From assembly GCA_005191425.1 (NCBI GenBank), contig SUPR01000035.1, positions 1 through 32,000 on the forward strand: a stretch of DNA of 32,000 nucleotides. The letters run 5' to 3'. The DNA comes from Candidatus Helarchaeota ASGARD archaeon Hel_GB_B (GTDB lineage: Archaea; Asgardarchaeota; Lokiarchaeia; Helarchaeales; HEL-GB-B). A program made the translations under genes and the position numbers. Positions 1-9,496 of the stretch are shown one piece after another. The notes under the pieces were generated by a model. That model searched no databases. It had not been told where the DNA came from and worked only from the letters and a program-made list of their open reading frames with translations. Each line of letters opens with the position of its first letter. Positions within the stretch are counted from its first letter, which is position 1.

Positions 1-477
1 CTGCGGCGGAAAAATAGTAGAAAAAAATAAAAATTAAAGATGTTTTATTTTTAAAGCATAGGATTTTGTAAAAAGTCGGTCAAAATAATTTTAAAAATTT
101 AATTTTTTGAAATTTAGAGATAATCTACTGTTTTATTATAAATAATCATAATTAATTATGTTATTTATAACCTAAAATATATAATAACATACATTTCTCA
201 ATATTTCAATAAAAAAACATTTAAGATTTTATTTTTTATTAAAAAAATCTCAATTCAATGATTGAATTTTTCAGATAATTTCCTTTTTTTAGTCTTTGAA
301 AATTTCATTTAAAATAATTAAAAAAGAATAACCAAAATCTTATTATTTTATTTTGTAATCTTTTTTAATTCATTAAATTAAATTTTCAAAAAATTTTTGA
401 CAAAAAGGATTATATCTAAATACTAATATATTTAAATTCCAATATATTATAAAATTTATAAAAATTCAATTCCTTAA

Positions 478-494
478 GTCCACCAGATTTGGAC
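478..494. promoter_or_regulatory. Candidate operator: inverted repeat GTCCA-N7-TGGAC upstream of the ABC operon
   Basis: GTCCA (478-482) and TGGAC (490-494) are reverse complements. They lie about 60 nt upstream of the permease start, in very AT-rich DNA. Confidence 0.3.
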
Positions 495-554
495 AAATAT
501 TATAGTAATATTTATTGAATTAACGGTCTAAAGAAACCAAATTAATTATAAAAT

Positions 555-1748
555 GTGGTCATTATGAGTAATACATGGGTAATCTTTAGGACATCTTTAA
601 AAATGGCATTTAGGTCAATTACAAATAGAAAATTTCGTGCTTTTTTAACAATTTTAGGTATAACAATTGGTATTACCTTGTTTATTACTCTTATGTCAAT
701 AGGCATCGGTATGCAAACTTCTATTTCTGCATTACTAGCTAAATTTGTTGGAGCAGAAGTCGTTGTCTCTTCAAAAATATCTGGTTCTCGTCCAAGCGTC
801 CCACCAGAAGTTGTCAACTTACTCGGAAAAGTTGACCATGTAGAAAAGTCATTTGGGCTTATCCAAGATTACCTTACAATACAAGGTCAGTTTGTCATGG
901 TAATTGCTACTGACCCCTCCGAGATCGAGTTTCTAACAGGTATAAAGGTGGTACGTGGGATGTCGCTTGAAGAGGCTGTCGAACAAAATATTTCACAACC
1001 AGCATATATTGATAATACACTTGCAACACAACTTCATCTTGATATTGGTGATAAACTAATTGCAACAAGCCAAAGTTCAGGAGTATTCCTTCAGTTAAAT
1101 ATAGTAGGTGTTACTACGTCTCTTAGTTTAGGAATCTCAATCAGCGGCTTTGGTGGTATGGCATATACGACATTATACACTATGCAAGAATTATTAGCAA
1201 CAGACTCAGTCCAGTATGTGATGTTAGAATTAGATGATTCTTCATATTCAGAAAGTGTGGCAAATGCAATAAGAGAGACCTATCCTAATGCGCAAGTAAT
1301 AACTCAGCAAGAAGTCTTGGAAATGACCGATCAAATTCTAAATATAATCTTAGCTGTTCTATTAGGCATGGCTTCTATTTCACTTTTAGTCGGTGCAATA
1401 GGGATTATGAATACGACTATGACTTCAGTTCTTGAGAGAACTCGCGAAATTGGTATATTAAAGGCAATAGGCTCAAAAAGAATAAATATATTACAGGTAT
1501 TTCTTACTGAAGCGTTTATTATTGCATTAATCGGTGGAATTTTAGGTTGTATTTCAAGTGTTGTCCTCGTAATAGGACTGACCACATTAGTTAAAAGTTT
1601 TATGGGTTTTCAAATGCCCTATGTCTTCGATACTTCAATTTTTATTGGAGGAATGGTATTAGCAATAGTAATTGGACTTATTTCGGCTGCATACCCTTCT
1701 TGGAGGGCAAGTAGCGTTAAACCTGTCGAGGCTTTGAGATATGAATAA
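555..1748 (+). CDS. ABC transporter permease, MacB/FtsX (LolE-like) family
   Basis: N-terminal TM (FLTILGITIGITLFITLMSIG), one extracytoplasmic domain, three C-terminal TMs, and the family signature MNTTMTSVLERTREIGILKAIG. The start may be ATG at 564. Confidence 0.93.
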   Translation: MVIMSNTWVIFRTSLKMAFRSITNRKFRAFLTILGITIGITLFITLMSIGIGMQTSISALLAKFVGAEVVVSSKISGSRPSVPPEVVNLLGKVDHVEKSFGLIQDYLTIQGQFVMVIATDPSEIEFLTGIKVVRGMSLEEAVEQNISQPAYIDNTLATQLHLDIGDKLIATSQSSGVFLQLNIVGVTTSLSLGISISGFGGMAYTTLYTMQELLATDSVQYVMLELDDSSYSESVANAIRETYPNAQVITQQEVLEMTDQILNIILAVLLGMASISLLVGAIGIMNTTMTSVLERTREIGILKAIGSKRINILQVFLTEAFIIALIGGILGCISSVVLVIGLTTLVKSFMGFQMPYVFDTSIFIGGMVLAIVIGLISAAYPSWRASSVKPVEALRYE

Positions 1749-1776
1749 TTCACTTTTTTATTATTATTCATTTTTT
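1749..1776 (+). terminator. Possible archaeal T-tract terminator/attenuator between permease and ATPase
   Basis: T6 runs at 1754-1759 and 1771-1776. The context ATTCA(C/T)TTTTTT also follows gcvH and aglB. Confidence 0.3.
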
Positions 1777-1823
1777 AGAATAGATTATTATTTAGCTATA
1801 AATTTTAGAAGAGGTAGTCTTAT

Positions 1824-2741
1824 ATGGCAGACGCAATAAGATTAAGAAATATTTCAAAAGTATATGATTTAGGACCAATAAAGGTACAAGCGCTAAGAAA
1901 TGTGAATTTGGAAGTTAAAAAACAAGAATTTACAGCTATTATGGGCCCATCAGGTTCAGGTAAAACTACATTATTAAACATGATTGGGGCATTAGATTAT
2001 CCAACCAGTGGGAGAGTTTTTTTGGACGGAAATGATATTACTGATTATGATGAAGGCGAAATAACCTTTATTCGCTGTAAAAAAATCGGATTTATTTTTC
2101 AATTTTTCAATCTGGTCCCTTTATTAACGGCAAAAGAAAATGTAATGTTACCAATGCTATTCGCAGGAGATTTGACAGTAAAAGAGGCGGAAGTCCGGGC
2201 AGTTGAATTATTAACTGAAGTAGGTATTGGAGACAGAATAAATCATGCTCCTCATGAATTGTCTGGTGGTCAACAACAACGAGTTGCTATCGCAAGAGCA
2301 TTTGCGAATAAACCTGCAGTAATACTTGCAGATGAGCCAACTGGTAATACGGACTTTAAAACTGGAGTTTCAATTTTAAATTTAATGAGAAAATTGAATA
2401 GAGAAGAGGGCCAGACCTTTTTATTAGTCACGCATGACCCTGGTATAGCTGGAATCGCCGATAGGGTCATTTATGTTATTGATGGACATGTTCAGTCCAC
2501 ATGCCCCGATAGAGTATCTCCTCCATCAGATACTTTGGTGGAATATATAAAAATAAATAAACCTAAAGAATTAAAACGCTTAAAAAATTTTAAGCGGCAA
2601 TTAAAGATTATCAAACGAGATTTAGCCTTATTTAAGGCAAGAAAAAATGAGATTGATTTTGTTCAATATCAATATATTAAAAATGAATATTATAAAATGC
2701 TTAATGAAATTGAAAAAAAGACCAGGTGGTTAACAGCATGA
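1824..2741 (+). CDS. ABC transporter ATP-binding protein, LolD/MacB family, with ~80-aa C-terminal extension
   Basis: Walker A GPSGSGKT, Q-loop GFIFQFFNL, signature LSGGQQQR, Walker B VILADEPTGN, H-loop VTHD. Confidence 0.95.
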   Translation: MADAIRLRNISKVYDLGPIKVQALRNVNLEVKKQEFTAIMGPSGSGKTTLLNMIGALDYPTSGRVFLDGNDITDYDEGEITFIRCKKIGFIFQFFNLVPLLTAKENVMLPMLFAGDLTVKEAEVRAVELLTEVGIGDRINHAPHELSGGQQQRVAIARAFANKPAVILADEPTGNTDFKTGVSILNLMRKLNREEGQTFLLVTHDPGIAGIADRVIYVIDGHVQSTCPDRVSPPSDTLVEYIKINKPKELKRLKNFKRQLKIIKRDLALFKARKNEIDFVQYQYIKNEYYKMLNEIEKKTRWLTA

Positions 2742-5700
2742 AATTTAAGAAAAATTTGTTTTGCATAATAATATTGTTGGGTATACTTATATCTTCATAT
2801 GTAATTTCTATTAAATTTTCTCATTTACAGCCAGTTAATTTATACAATGATCATGGGAATAAAATCACAAATTTAGAAAATAACATTCCAGAAAATGTTG
2901 AAATAACTAAAACAGAATCTATGACTGTAAACATAAACCCATTTGGTAAAATAATAGAAAAACGTACAACAGTTACATTTACTCTAAGAAACCTTGGAAA
3001 TAAGAGAGTAACTTTTCAATTAAAAGACCGAGTCGAAAAAGCAGAACCTAGAACTTTTCAAATAATTCGAGGCAGCTTTAACGAGGAACCAAAAGTAATA
3101 TTTATTGATAATGGAACTTATGGCTATATGTTATTTAAATTTCCAAATATTACTTTAGAAGCTAATTCTAGGAAAGAATTTGGTTACGTAGTCAAAACAA
3201 AAATAGAGGTACCTTATACTATCCATTCTACATTTTATATAAATAACACTAAAATTGAATTAAATGAATCTGAGGAAGACCCGAAAATTATAGCACCTAT
3301 TGGGTCGAAAATTACTCAAGTAATTAATATACAAAGAGTAGATAAAGGGCTATTTGGGATAAATTCAATGGTACGGGCACCAAATATTGTATTATTAACT
3401 GTAATATTACCCTACTCTGAGCGTGAAGAGGATATGGACATTTCTGAGCCTGAATATTCAAGTCCTCCAGTAATGGAAAATGCTCTCGGATTTATCCAGC
3501 AAATTTCATGGATAGTTTATTCTAATAATTATACAGTTAATTGGAGCGCAAAAATACTGAGTGGCGGGGGCTGGGGTATATTGGAACTCCAACCAATGAT
3601 GATAGTAATAACAAAAGCGACTGACATGACCAGTACAGCTCTACAAGCATTAAACGGTGTATTGGGTCTTATAGCTGGACTACAAGGTTATTGGATAGGA
3701 CTGGTCGCTGATTCGCTAATTGAAGAGTTTATGACGCTCTCTTCCTATATGAATTATATATTTGACATTATGGCTATGGACTCAAGTATCATGAATATGG
3801 GTGTCTACTCGATGATAAATAACATGATTATTGCTCTTGTTGAGGCTAATATCGTCCGCCAGTTTTTGCAAGACAGTATAAGTACTATAGATGGCGTAAT
3901 TGATGATATCGGTGGGTCGTTCCCACTCGATGCAATTAATTTAATTAATGTCCAGACTACATTAAATAATTCTCTTGATTACATTACAGATATGGAGCGG
4001 AGGATAACCGCGTCATTTGGGGCGCAAATTATTCAGTTGCTAGGGAACCCTGCAGTCATAACAATTAGGAAAATGCCGATAATGGACATAATATATCTTG
4101 ATTATCTATTTATCAATGCAACTGCATCCGAGTTGTCTAATAACCAGACTGATTTTTACACAAAAATTGATATTGAAAATTTGACTGCAATTAATGGGTT
4201 GGTCAATTTAAGTCGGACATATGAATTTAAATTAGGCAATTCTACTGGGTTCTTCTATCTGTTAGACCAAGTTTTTGGCAGACCAATATTTAAAGAGACT
4301 AATGTTTCAGGTTCTCCTAATTCAACAGCACCCGGAATTTATACTTCATATTTAAGTATGTTAACCCCTAATGAAGGGTCATTCTGGTACACTTTAGGGA
4401 ATTTAAGTAGGTCTATCGCAACTCAGCTATTGTTGTTAAATTCAAGTTTTGGTGGAAAATATAAGATTTTATTAAAAAATCAAAGTGCAAATGTGAATAT
4501 CTCGTCTAAAGACCCATTTATCTTAGAAACTGGTTTTACAGGCTTAAATAGTTTTATGAATAGCCTTAAAAGTATTCAGAAAAAATATCAATCTCCATAT
4601 GGAAATCCACCTGATGTATATATTCCAGAAATTAACTCGAATTATAATAATATGCCTTTTGGAGGTAATCTTTCAGAAGAAACCCTAAATGTCTTGAATA
4701 ACATGAGTTTTAATACTCAAATGCAGATTTATATGGAACCAAATTTGTATATCCGAAATACACTAAATTTTTCTCTACCAATTGGAAACTTAAGTAATCT
4801 TACAAGTAATTTTACTGGTACTGTCCCGATAGAAGTAGCCGACTATGTATTAGAAGACGGGACAAAACCGAATTGGGTAAATTCCACCATAAACGGAGTT
4901 CAATTCAATGATGCTACTGATCCTATTTTCAAGAGATTTATTGTTAATGGCATTTGTAATTTTAGTAAAAGTGTTTTAGTACCTGGTAAAAAATTAATGA
5001 CTAATTTTAGGATAAATAGTACGGACGCTCGTATTGACCTTATCATATACGATGAAAATAATACTATAAAAAAATATAATTTACAAGATCTTATGTCAAA
5101 TATTAATGATTGGAATAATTTCACATGGGATTTGTCGAATCCCAATTATTGGAACTATTATGATAATAATTTTGATAATGACCATATAACTAAGTTTGAA
5201 TTTATTATAAATTCTACAAATCCTGTGGCATTTGATATTGACTATATGAATATGTCAAGGACTGTGCTACCATATCCAAATAATATTACGTTATATGAAG
5301 GGTATGTCTACAGCAATGGAATAGAACTATTTGGAAATGTAACTAAATATGAGCAACTAAACGGTGGGCTAGAAATTCCGTACTCTTTTATTGCTGATGT
5401 CTGCGGCGGATCTGATAACGAGGTAGTCGCTGGATCAACTGATGAAAATATTTATGTATTCAATGGGACGACTGGTAATCAATTATGGAATTTGACACTT
5501 AATGGACATATTACAAACATGTTTGTCCAAGATTTTATTAAAGGCGGTAAAAATGAAATAATTTTAGGTTTAGACAATGGTTCTATTTTAGTATTAAATG
5601 GTACTGGTAGTCTTATCTGGAACTATTCGTTTTCAAATACAATAAATTATATGGCGATAAGTGATATTAATAACGATTCACTGGACGAATTGGTTGTGGG

Positions 5701-8593
5701 TGCAGATGATACCATTTTAGTAGCACTAAATAATTCTGGAAATTACTTGTGGAACGACTCTTTGAAGAATACGATAACTGATATAAAAATTGTGGATATA
5801 AATGGTGATAATAAAAGTGAAATCTTGACCAGTTCACTTGCAAATTCTGTAAAATGTTTTAATGGGTCAACTGGTGAATTTATATGGAAAAAACGTTTCT
5901 ATGATGATGTATTAAAAATTGCTATAGGAAATTTTACCGGAGATAAATATAAAGACATTGTAGCATATGTAAAACCAGACTACCTGTATGCATTTTCGGG
6001 GTATAATTTATCAGATATTTGGGAAATAGAAACGAATGCTTATATAATCAATTTAGATACAATTAAAGTGCCACTCAAAAAAGATAATATTGTCATAAGT
6101 ACAGCAACAAATCTTACTTCATATTTCGGAAATAATGGAACAGAACGATGGACAGTCCCAACAAATTCTATAATTACGACAATGAAAGTCTTTGACATAG
6201 ATTCTGATTCTGCTGATGAAGTAATGATTGGCGCTAATTATCATAATATATCTGCATATTTGGATAATGGGAGCTTACTTTGGGAATATAGAGCAGATAG
6301 TGCTGTTAAAAATATTGGCATTGGTTATATTGACAATAATTCTGTTTATGATATAGCATTAGGCGAAAGCAATAATAAAATACAAGCTGTAAATCTAACT
6401 TCATTTACTAAATTATGGGGAAATACTTTAGGAAAATGGATTTTATCGTTTAAATTTATAAGGACGAGCAAATATATTTCAATATATTATAATCTTCCCG
6501 AGCCTATTACCCATCTTATGCAAACTATTGGTGTTAACCTCCCTGAAATGACTTCTCTAGCAAATATCGGTAGCTTATCATCATTGAGTGGTACAAATGT
6601 AAATGGACTAGACTCATTATCTCAAATTTCAATGAATCCGAGCGACCTGGAAAATTTTGGAATCAATGTTTCATTCACAGGAATTGGTCTAGTAAACATT
6701 TTATTGTTAGAACTTGATCTTATGATCTATATTCAAGAACTTAGCGATATTTCAAATTATGAAAAAGCTTTTACAGGGGCCCCTGATGTAAAATATTATG
6801 GAGATAATTCAGCACCCGATATTGATGTTTTTGTTAACGATACCGTTGATTCACCGAATTGGGAATATGTACAATGTGATATAAGAAATAATGAAGAAGA
6901 TCCAATTACGGTACAATATTTTGCGGTTACTTTAAAATATAACAACTATTCAATCCCTAAAGATCGAATAATAATCCAAGGATACAATGTAACTTCTAGT
7001 AAATGGATTGACTTGAACAGTAGTGTTATTAAAGACTTTGATTGGAATAGTATTGGGTTAAATTATGTCAATGGTAGCGTAGTGTTTAAAAATTTTATAG
7101 AAATTGATACTGATGAACGGAAATTAGTTACTACCGATTGGAAATTAAGACAATTACGTATTAAAATCAATATTTCCGGACTTTCACCATCAAACTTAAC
7201 AATAAATATTTGGTCTGATTGTATTCAGGATTTGGACGGAGTTACTATGCAACCAATTAGTAGTTCTATCACGATCAACGCTATTTATCCTACTGTACTT
7301 GTATTTCAAATACCTTCCATAGAAATACCTCCGAACCCCCAAGTAAATATCTTAAGGATAATTCTAACATCACCAGTTACTTGGGGTCTTGTTTTAGCTG
7401 CTGGTATTATTGGTTTTGTTTATCAAAATTTAAATAAACGTGAAAAATTCAGATATAATAAAATTGCCACCAATAAAATGCTGAAATGGCTCAAGAAAGA
7501 ACAAAATAAATGGGACGCTGCACTACTAAATGGGACTATTAATATTAAAAAATATTCAAGCCTTAACCGCCTGAGACTTAGATTGATGCACGATTTTAGA
7601 CAGCCTAAAGAGAAATTTCTGCAGTTTGTATTTAAATATAATAGTATAATTGAGTCTTATAAAATTATGAAAGATACATCCCATATCTTCCTCTTAAAAG
7701 GATTCTGGCGAGATATTGATCAAAGATCTAAATTAGCTTTAGTCTTAGACCGAATTGTTCATTATATTTTATTACCCGTAAATTACATTCTAATTGGATT
7801 ATTCTGGATTCCAAAAGGAATATACAAACTGTTAGTAAAAATCTTCGTCAAAAAACAAAAAATAATCGTCAAGAAAAAAGCATTAATCAGTGATAATGAC
7901 TTAGACCAAAATGAAATAGAAATAAAACCACCTGTAAAAACTATAAGTCAAAGTAGTGGAAATGAAGAGCTTGATAATGCTTTATCTAAATATTTAAAAG
8001 ATGTTAGGTCTAGCAAACAAAAAAAGAAAAAGAAGTCAAACAAAAAATGGCACGGAAAAACAATGAACGATGGAGGTACCACTAATGATAATAAATTACC
8101 TGAACTAGAAACAAAAATTGGTAAAACATTTTATTTTATAGCTGAAAATAAATATATTGGCAGAAAAGTGAACGAAATTGCTAAATTTCTAGGTGTATCT
8201 ATTCATGAGGTAATATTTTATTTGATAAAACTATATGAACAAGGCCTAATCTCCCAAATAAAAGAAGGTAAAACCCTTGGTGAAGATATCTGGGATGTAA
8301 GTTCTAGATTTAAAAAAGTCGACCCTGAACTCGAAAAAATTATTGAAAAAACAAAATACCTCTATGATGAAGTTTCCGAAGGTATAATAATAACTGAAGC
8401 AGAAATAAAAAATGAAATAGACGAAACAAAAGAAGAAATTGAGGCTGAGCGCGTGCCTGAAAAAAATATAAATATAAAGGACATAGAAATTCTAATGCCA
8501 AAACCAGTGAAAGTAGATATAGATTTACCTGAAATTAAAGAAAAAGAAACTAAAGACTTACCAACCGCAAAAATAGAAGAAATTAAAGAGTGA
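2738..8593 (+). CDS. Giant (~1950 aa) membrane-anchored protein: N-terminal signal/TM, helical region, CBM-like module, FG-GAP-like beta-propeller, TM, C-terminal winged-helix-like tail
   Basis: Uninterrupted ORF (track start 2726). ATG at 2738 overlaps the ATPase TGA as ATGA. N-terminus KFKKNLFCIIILLGILISSYVISI, eight ~44-aa repeats, TM IILTSPVTWGLVLAAGIIGFVY, and a Lys/Glu-rich tail. Confidence 0.85.
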   Translation: MKFKKNLFCIIILLGILISSYVISIKFSHLQPVNLYNDHGNKITNLENNIPENVEITKTESMTVNINPFGKIIEKRTTVTFTLRNLGNKRVTFQLKDRVEKAEPRTFQIIRGSFNEEPKVIFIDNGTYGYMLFKFPNITLEANSRKEFGYVVKTKIEVPYTIHSTFYINNTKIELNESEEDPKIIAPIGSKITQVINIQRVDKGLFGINSMVRAPNIVLLTVILPYSEREEDMDISEPEYSSPPVMENALGFIQQISWIVYSNNYTVNWSAKILSGGGWGILELQPMMIVITKATDMTSTALQALNGVLGLIAGLQGYWIGLVADSLIEEFMTLSSYMNYIFDIMAMDSSIMNMGVYSMINNMIIALVEANIVRQFLQDSISTIDGVIDDIGGSFPLDAINLINVQTTLNNSLDYITDMERRITASFGAQIIQLLGNPAVITIRKMPIMDIIYLDYLFINATASELSNNQTDFYTKIDIENLTAINGLVNLSRTYEFKLGNSTGFFYLLDQVFGRPIFKETNVSGSPNSTAPGIYTSYLSMLTPNEGSFWYTLGNLSRSIATQLLLLNSSFGGKYKILLKNQSANVNISSKDPFILETGFTGLNSFMNSLKSIQKKYQSPYGNPPDVYIPEINSNYNNMPFGGNLSEETLNVLNNMSFNTQMQIYMEPNLYIRNTLNFSLPIGNLSNLTSNFTGTVPIEVADYVLEDGTKPNWVNSTINGVQFNDATDPIFKRFIVNGICNFSKSVLVPGKKLMTNFRINSTDARIDLIIYDENNTIKKYNLQDLMSNINDWNNFTWDLSNPNYWNYYDNNFDNDHITKFEFIINSTNPVAFDIDYMNMSRTVLPYPNNITLYEGYVYSNGIELFGNVTKYEQLNGGLEIPYSFIADVCGGSDNEVVAGSTDENIYVFNGTTGNQLWNLTLNGHITNMFVQDFIKGGKNEIILGLDNGSILVLNGTGSLIWNYSFSNTINYMAISDINNDSLDELVVGADDTILVALNNSGNYLWNDSLKNTITDIKIVDINGDNKSEILTSSLANSVKCFNGSTGEFIWKKRFYDDVLKIAIGNFTGDKYKDIVAYVKPDYLYAFSGYNLSDIWEIETNAYIINLDTIKVPLKKDNIVISTATNLTSYFGNNGTERWTVPTNSIITTMKVFDIDSDSADEVMIGANYHNISAYLDNGSLLWEYRADSAVKNIGIGYIDNNSVYDIALGESNNKIQAVNLTSFTKLWGNTLGKWILSFKFIRTSKYISIYYNLPEPITHLMQTIGVNLPEMTSLANIGSLSSLSGTNVNGLDSLSQISMNPSDLENFGINVSFTGIGLVNILLLELDLMIYIQELSDISNYEKAFTGAPDVKYYGDNSAPDIDVFVNDTVDSPNWEYVQCDIRNNEEDPITVQYFAVTLKYNNYSIPKDRIIIQGYNVTSSKWIDLNSSVIKDFDWNSIGLNYVNGSVVFKNFIEIDTDERKLVTTDWKLRQLRIKINISGLSPSNLTINIWSDCIQDLDGVTMQPISSSITINAIYPTVLVFQIPSIEIPPNPQVNILRIILTSPVTWGLVLAAGIIGFVYQNLNKREKFRYNKIATNKMLKWLKKEQNKWDAALLNGTINIKKYSSLNRLRLRLMHDFRQPKEKFLQFVFKYNSIIESYKIMKDTSHIFLLKGFWRDIDQRSKLALVLDRIVHYILLPVNYILIGLFWIPKGIYKLLVKIFVKKQKIIVKKKALISDNDLDQNEIEIKPPVKTISQSSGNEELDNALSKYLKDVRSSKQKKKKKSNKKWHGKTMNDGGTTNDNKLPELETKIGKTFYFIAENKYIGRKVNEIAKFLGVSIHEVIFYLIKLYEQGLISQIKEGKTLGEDIWDVSSRFKKVDPELEKIIEKTKYLYDEVSEGIIITEAEIKNEIDETKEEIEAERVPEKNINIKDIEILMPKPVKVDIDLPEIKEKETKDLPTAKIEEIKE
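5390..6450 (+). repeat. Eight tandem FG-GAP/VCBS-like protein repeats (beta-propeller) inside the giant ORF
   Basis: Dx(N/D)xDxxxE/D-type loops start at 5396, 5531, 5663, 5795, 5930, ~6060 (degenerate), 6194 and ~6326, about 132-135 nt apart. Each is followed by a GxxxW-type segment. Confidence 0.75.
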
Positions 8594-8601
8594 AACTCGG
8601 T

Positions 8602-9402
8602 CTATACAATTAAATAATTGTCAAATTCAGTTCTTTGTCCTAATCTTTTTTTCCTCAATTTTCTTGAATATGTATAATTAATTTTTTTAATGAGGACATC
8701 TTGTTCATTTTTTTTACCAGTAACAATTTCTAATTTTGAAGGAGTTATATACCCTTTTTTAAAATCAATTATAAGACTTTCACCAGAATAACCTCTATCT
8801 GGTAATTTTCCTACTACATTCACGCCCAAGACTGGGACTCTATTCTCTAATGCTCTAGCTTTTAAATAAATATGCCAATTTTCAACGCCATCAGAACGAA
8901 TCATTACAGGGGAAAATAATATATCTGCACCTTTTAAGACCAATTTACGGGGGGTCTCAGGGAAAGTCATATCAAAACAAATCAAAATACCCAGTTTACC
9001 CAATTTTGTATCGAAAACTTTTAGTTCTCCCCCAGGTTGAAAATACTTTTTCTCAAATAAATATAAGTGCTGCTTCTGCTGAATTCCAATTCTTTCCCCT
9101 TTTGAATTAAATAGAGATGATGTGATCACCAGGATATTTCCTGACCTCTGCCAAATAGCCCCACCTATTATATAAATACCAAATTCTCTGGCAAAATTAC
9201 TCAATGCTTTATTACTAATACCATTTAGCTCTTCTGGATCATTTTTAACCGTTCCATCAAAATAATTCCATCTCTCCGGTAGACATGCTATATCAGCTCC
9301 AAGATCACTTGCTTTTTTCAATTGTTCCCCTATTTTTTTGATTGTAATCTCTTTATCATTATAAATTTTTGACTGAATTGCCGCTATTGTTATTTCTTCC
9401 AA
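8602..9402 (-). CDS. Carbon-nitrogen hydrolase (nitrilase family)
   Basis: Catalytic E-K-C triad motifs: ACLPERW, QQKQHLY and LICFDMTFPE. Also RALEN. TTG start. Confidence 0.9.
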   Translation of the reverse strand: MEEITIAAIQSKIYNDKEITIKKIGEQLKKASDLGADIACLPERWNYFDGTVKNDPEELNGISNKALSNFAREFGIYIIGGAIWQRSGNILVITSSLFNSKGERIGIQQKQHLYLFEKKYFQPGGELKVFDTKLGKLGILICFDMTFPETPRKLVLKGADILFSPVMIRSDGVENWHIYLKARALENRVPVLGVNVVGKLPDRGYSGESLIIDFKKGYITPSKLEIVTGKKNEQDVLIKKINYTYSRKLRKKRLGQRTEFDNYLIV

Positions 9403-9496
9403 TTAAATCACATCAATTAAATAGATTAAAAATTATTTAAAATTTAGTTACTTATAATTATTCTAATATAATTTTCAAAACACAAGATGAATCATT

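Noticed and set aside
1-60. GC-rich CTGCGGCGG at the window start as the end of an RNA gene
   Set aside because: Too short and truncated; no recognisable tRNA or rRNA structure.
5390-6450. Calling the giant protein a true integrin alpha orthologue
   Set aside because: It has eight ~44-aa repeats rather than seven ~60-aa blades, and no recognisable thigh/calf domains or GFFKR motif. FG-GAP-like loops are widespread in prokaryotes.
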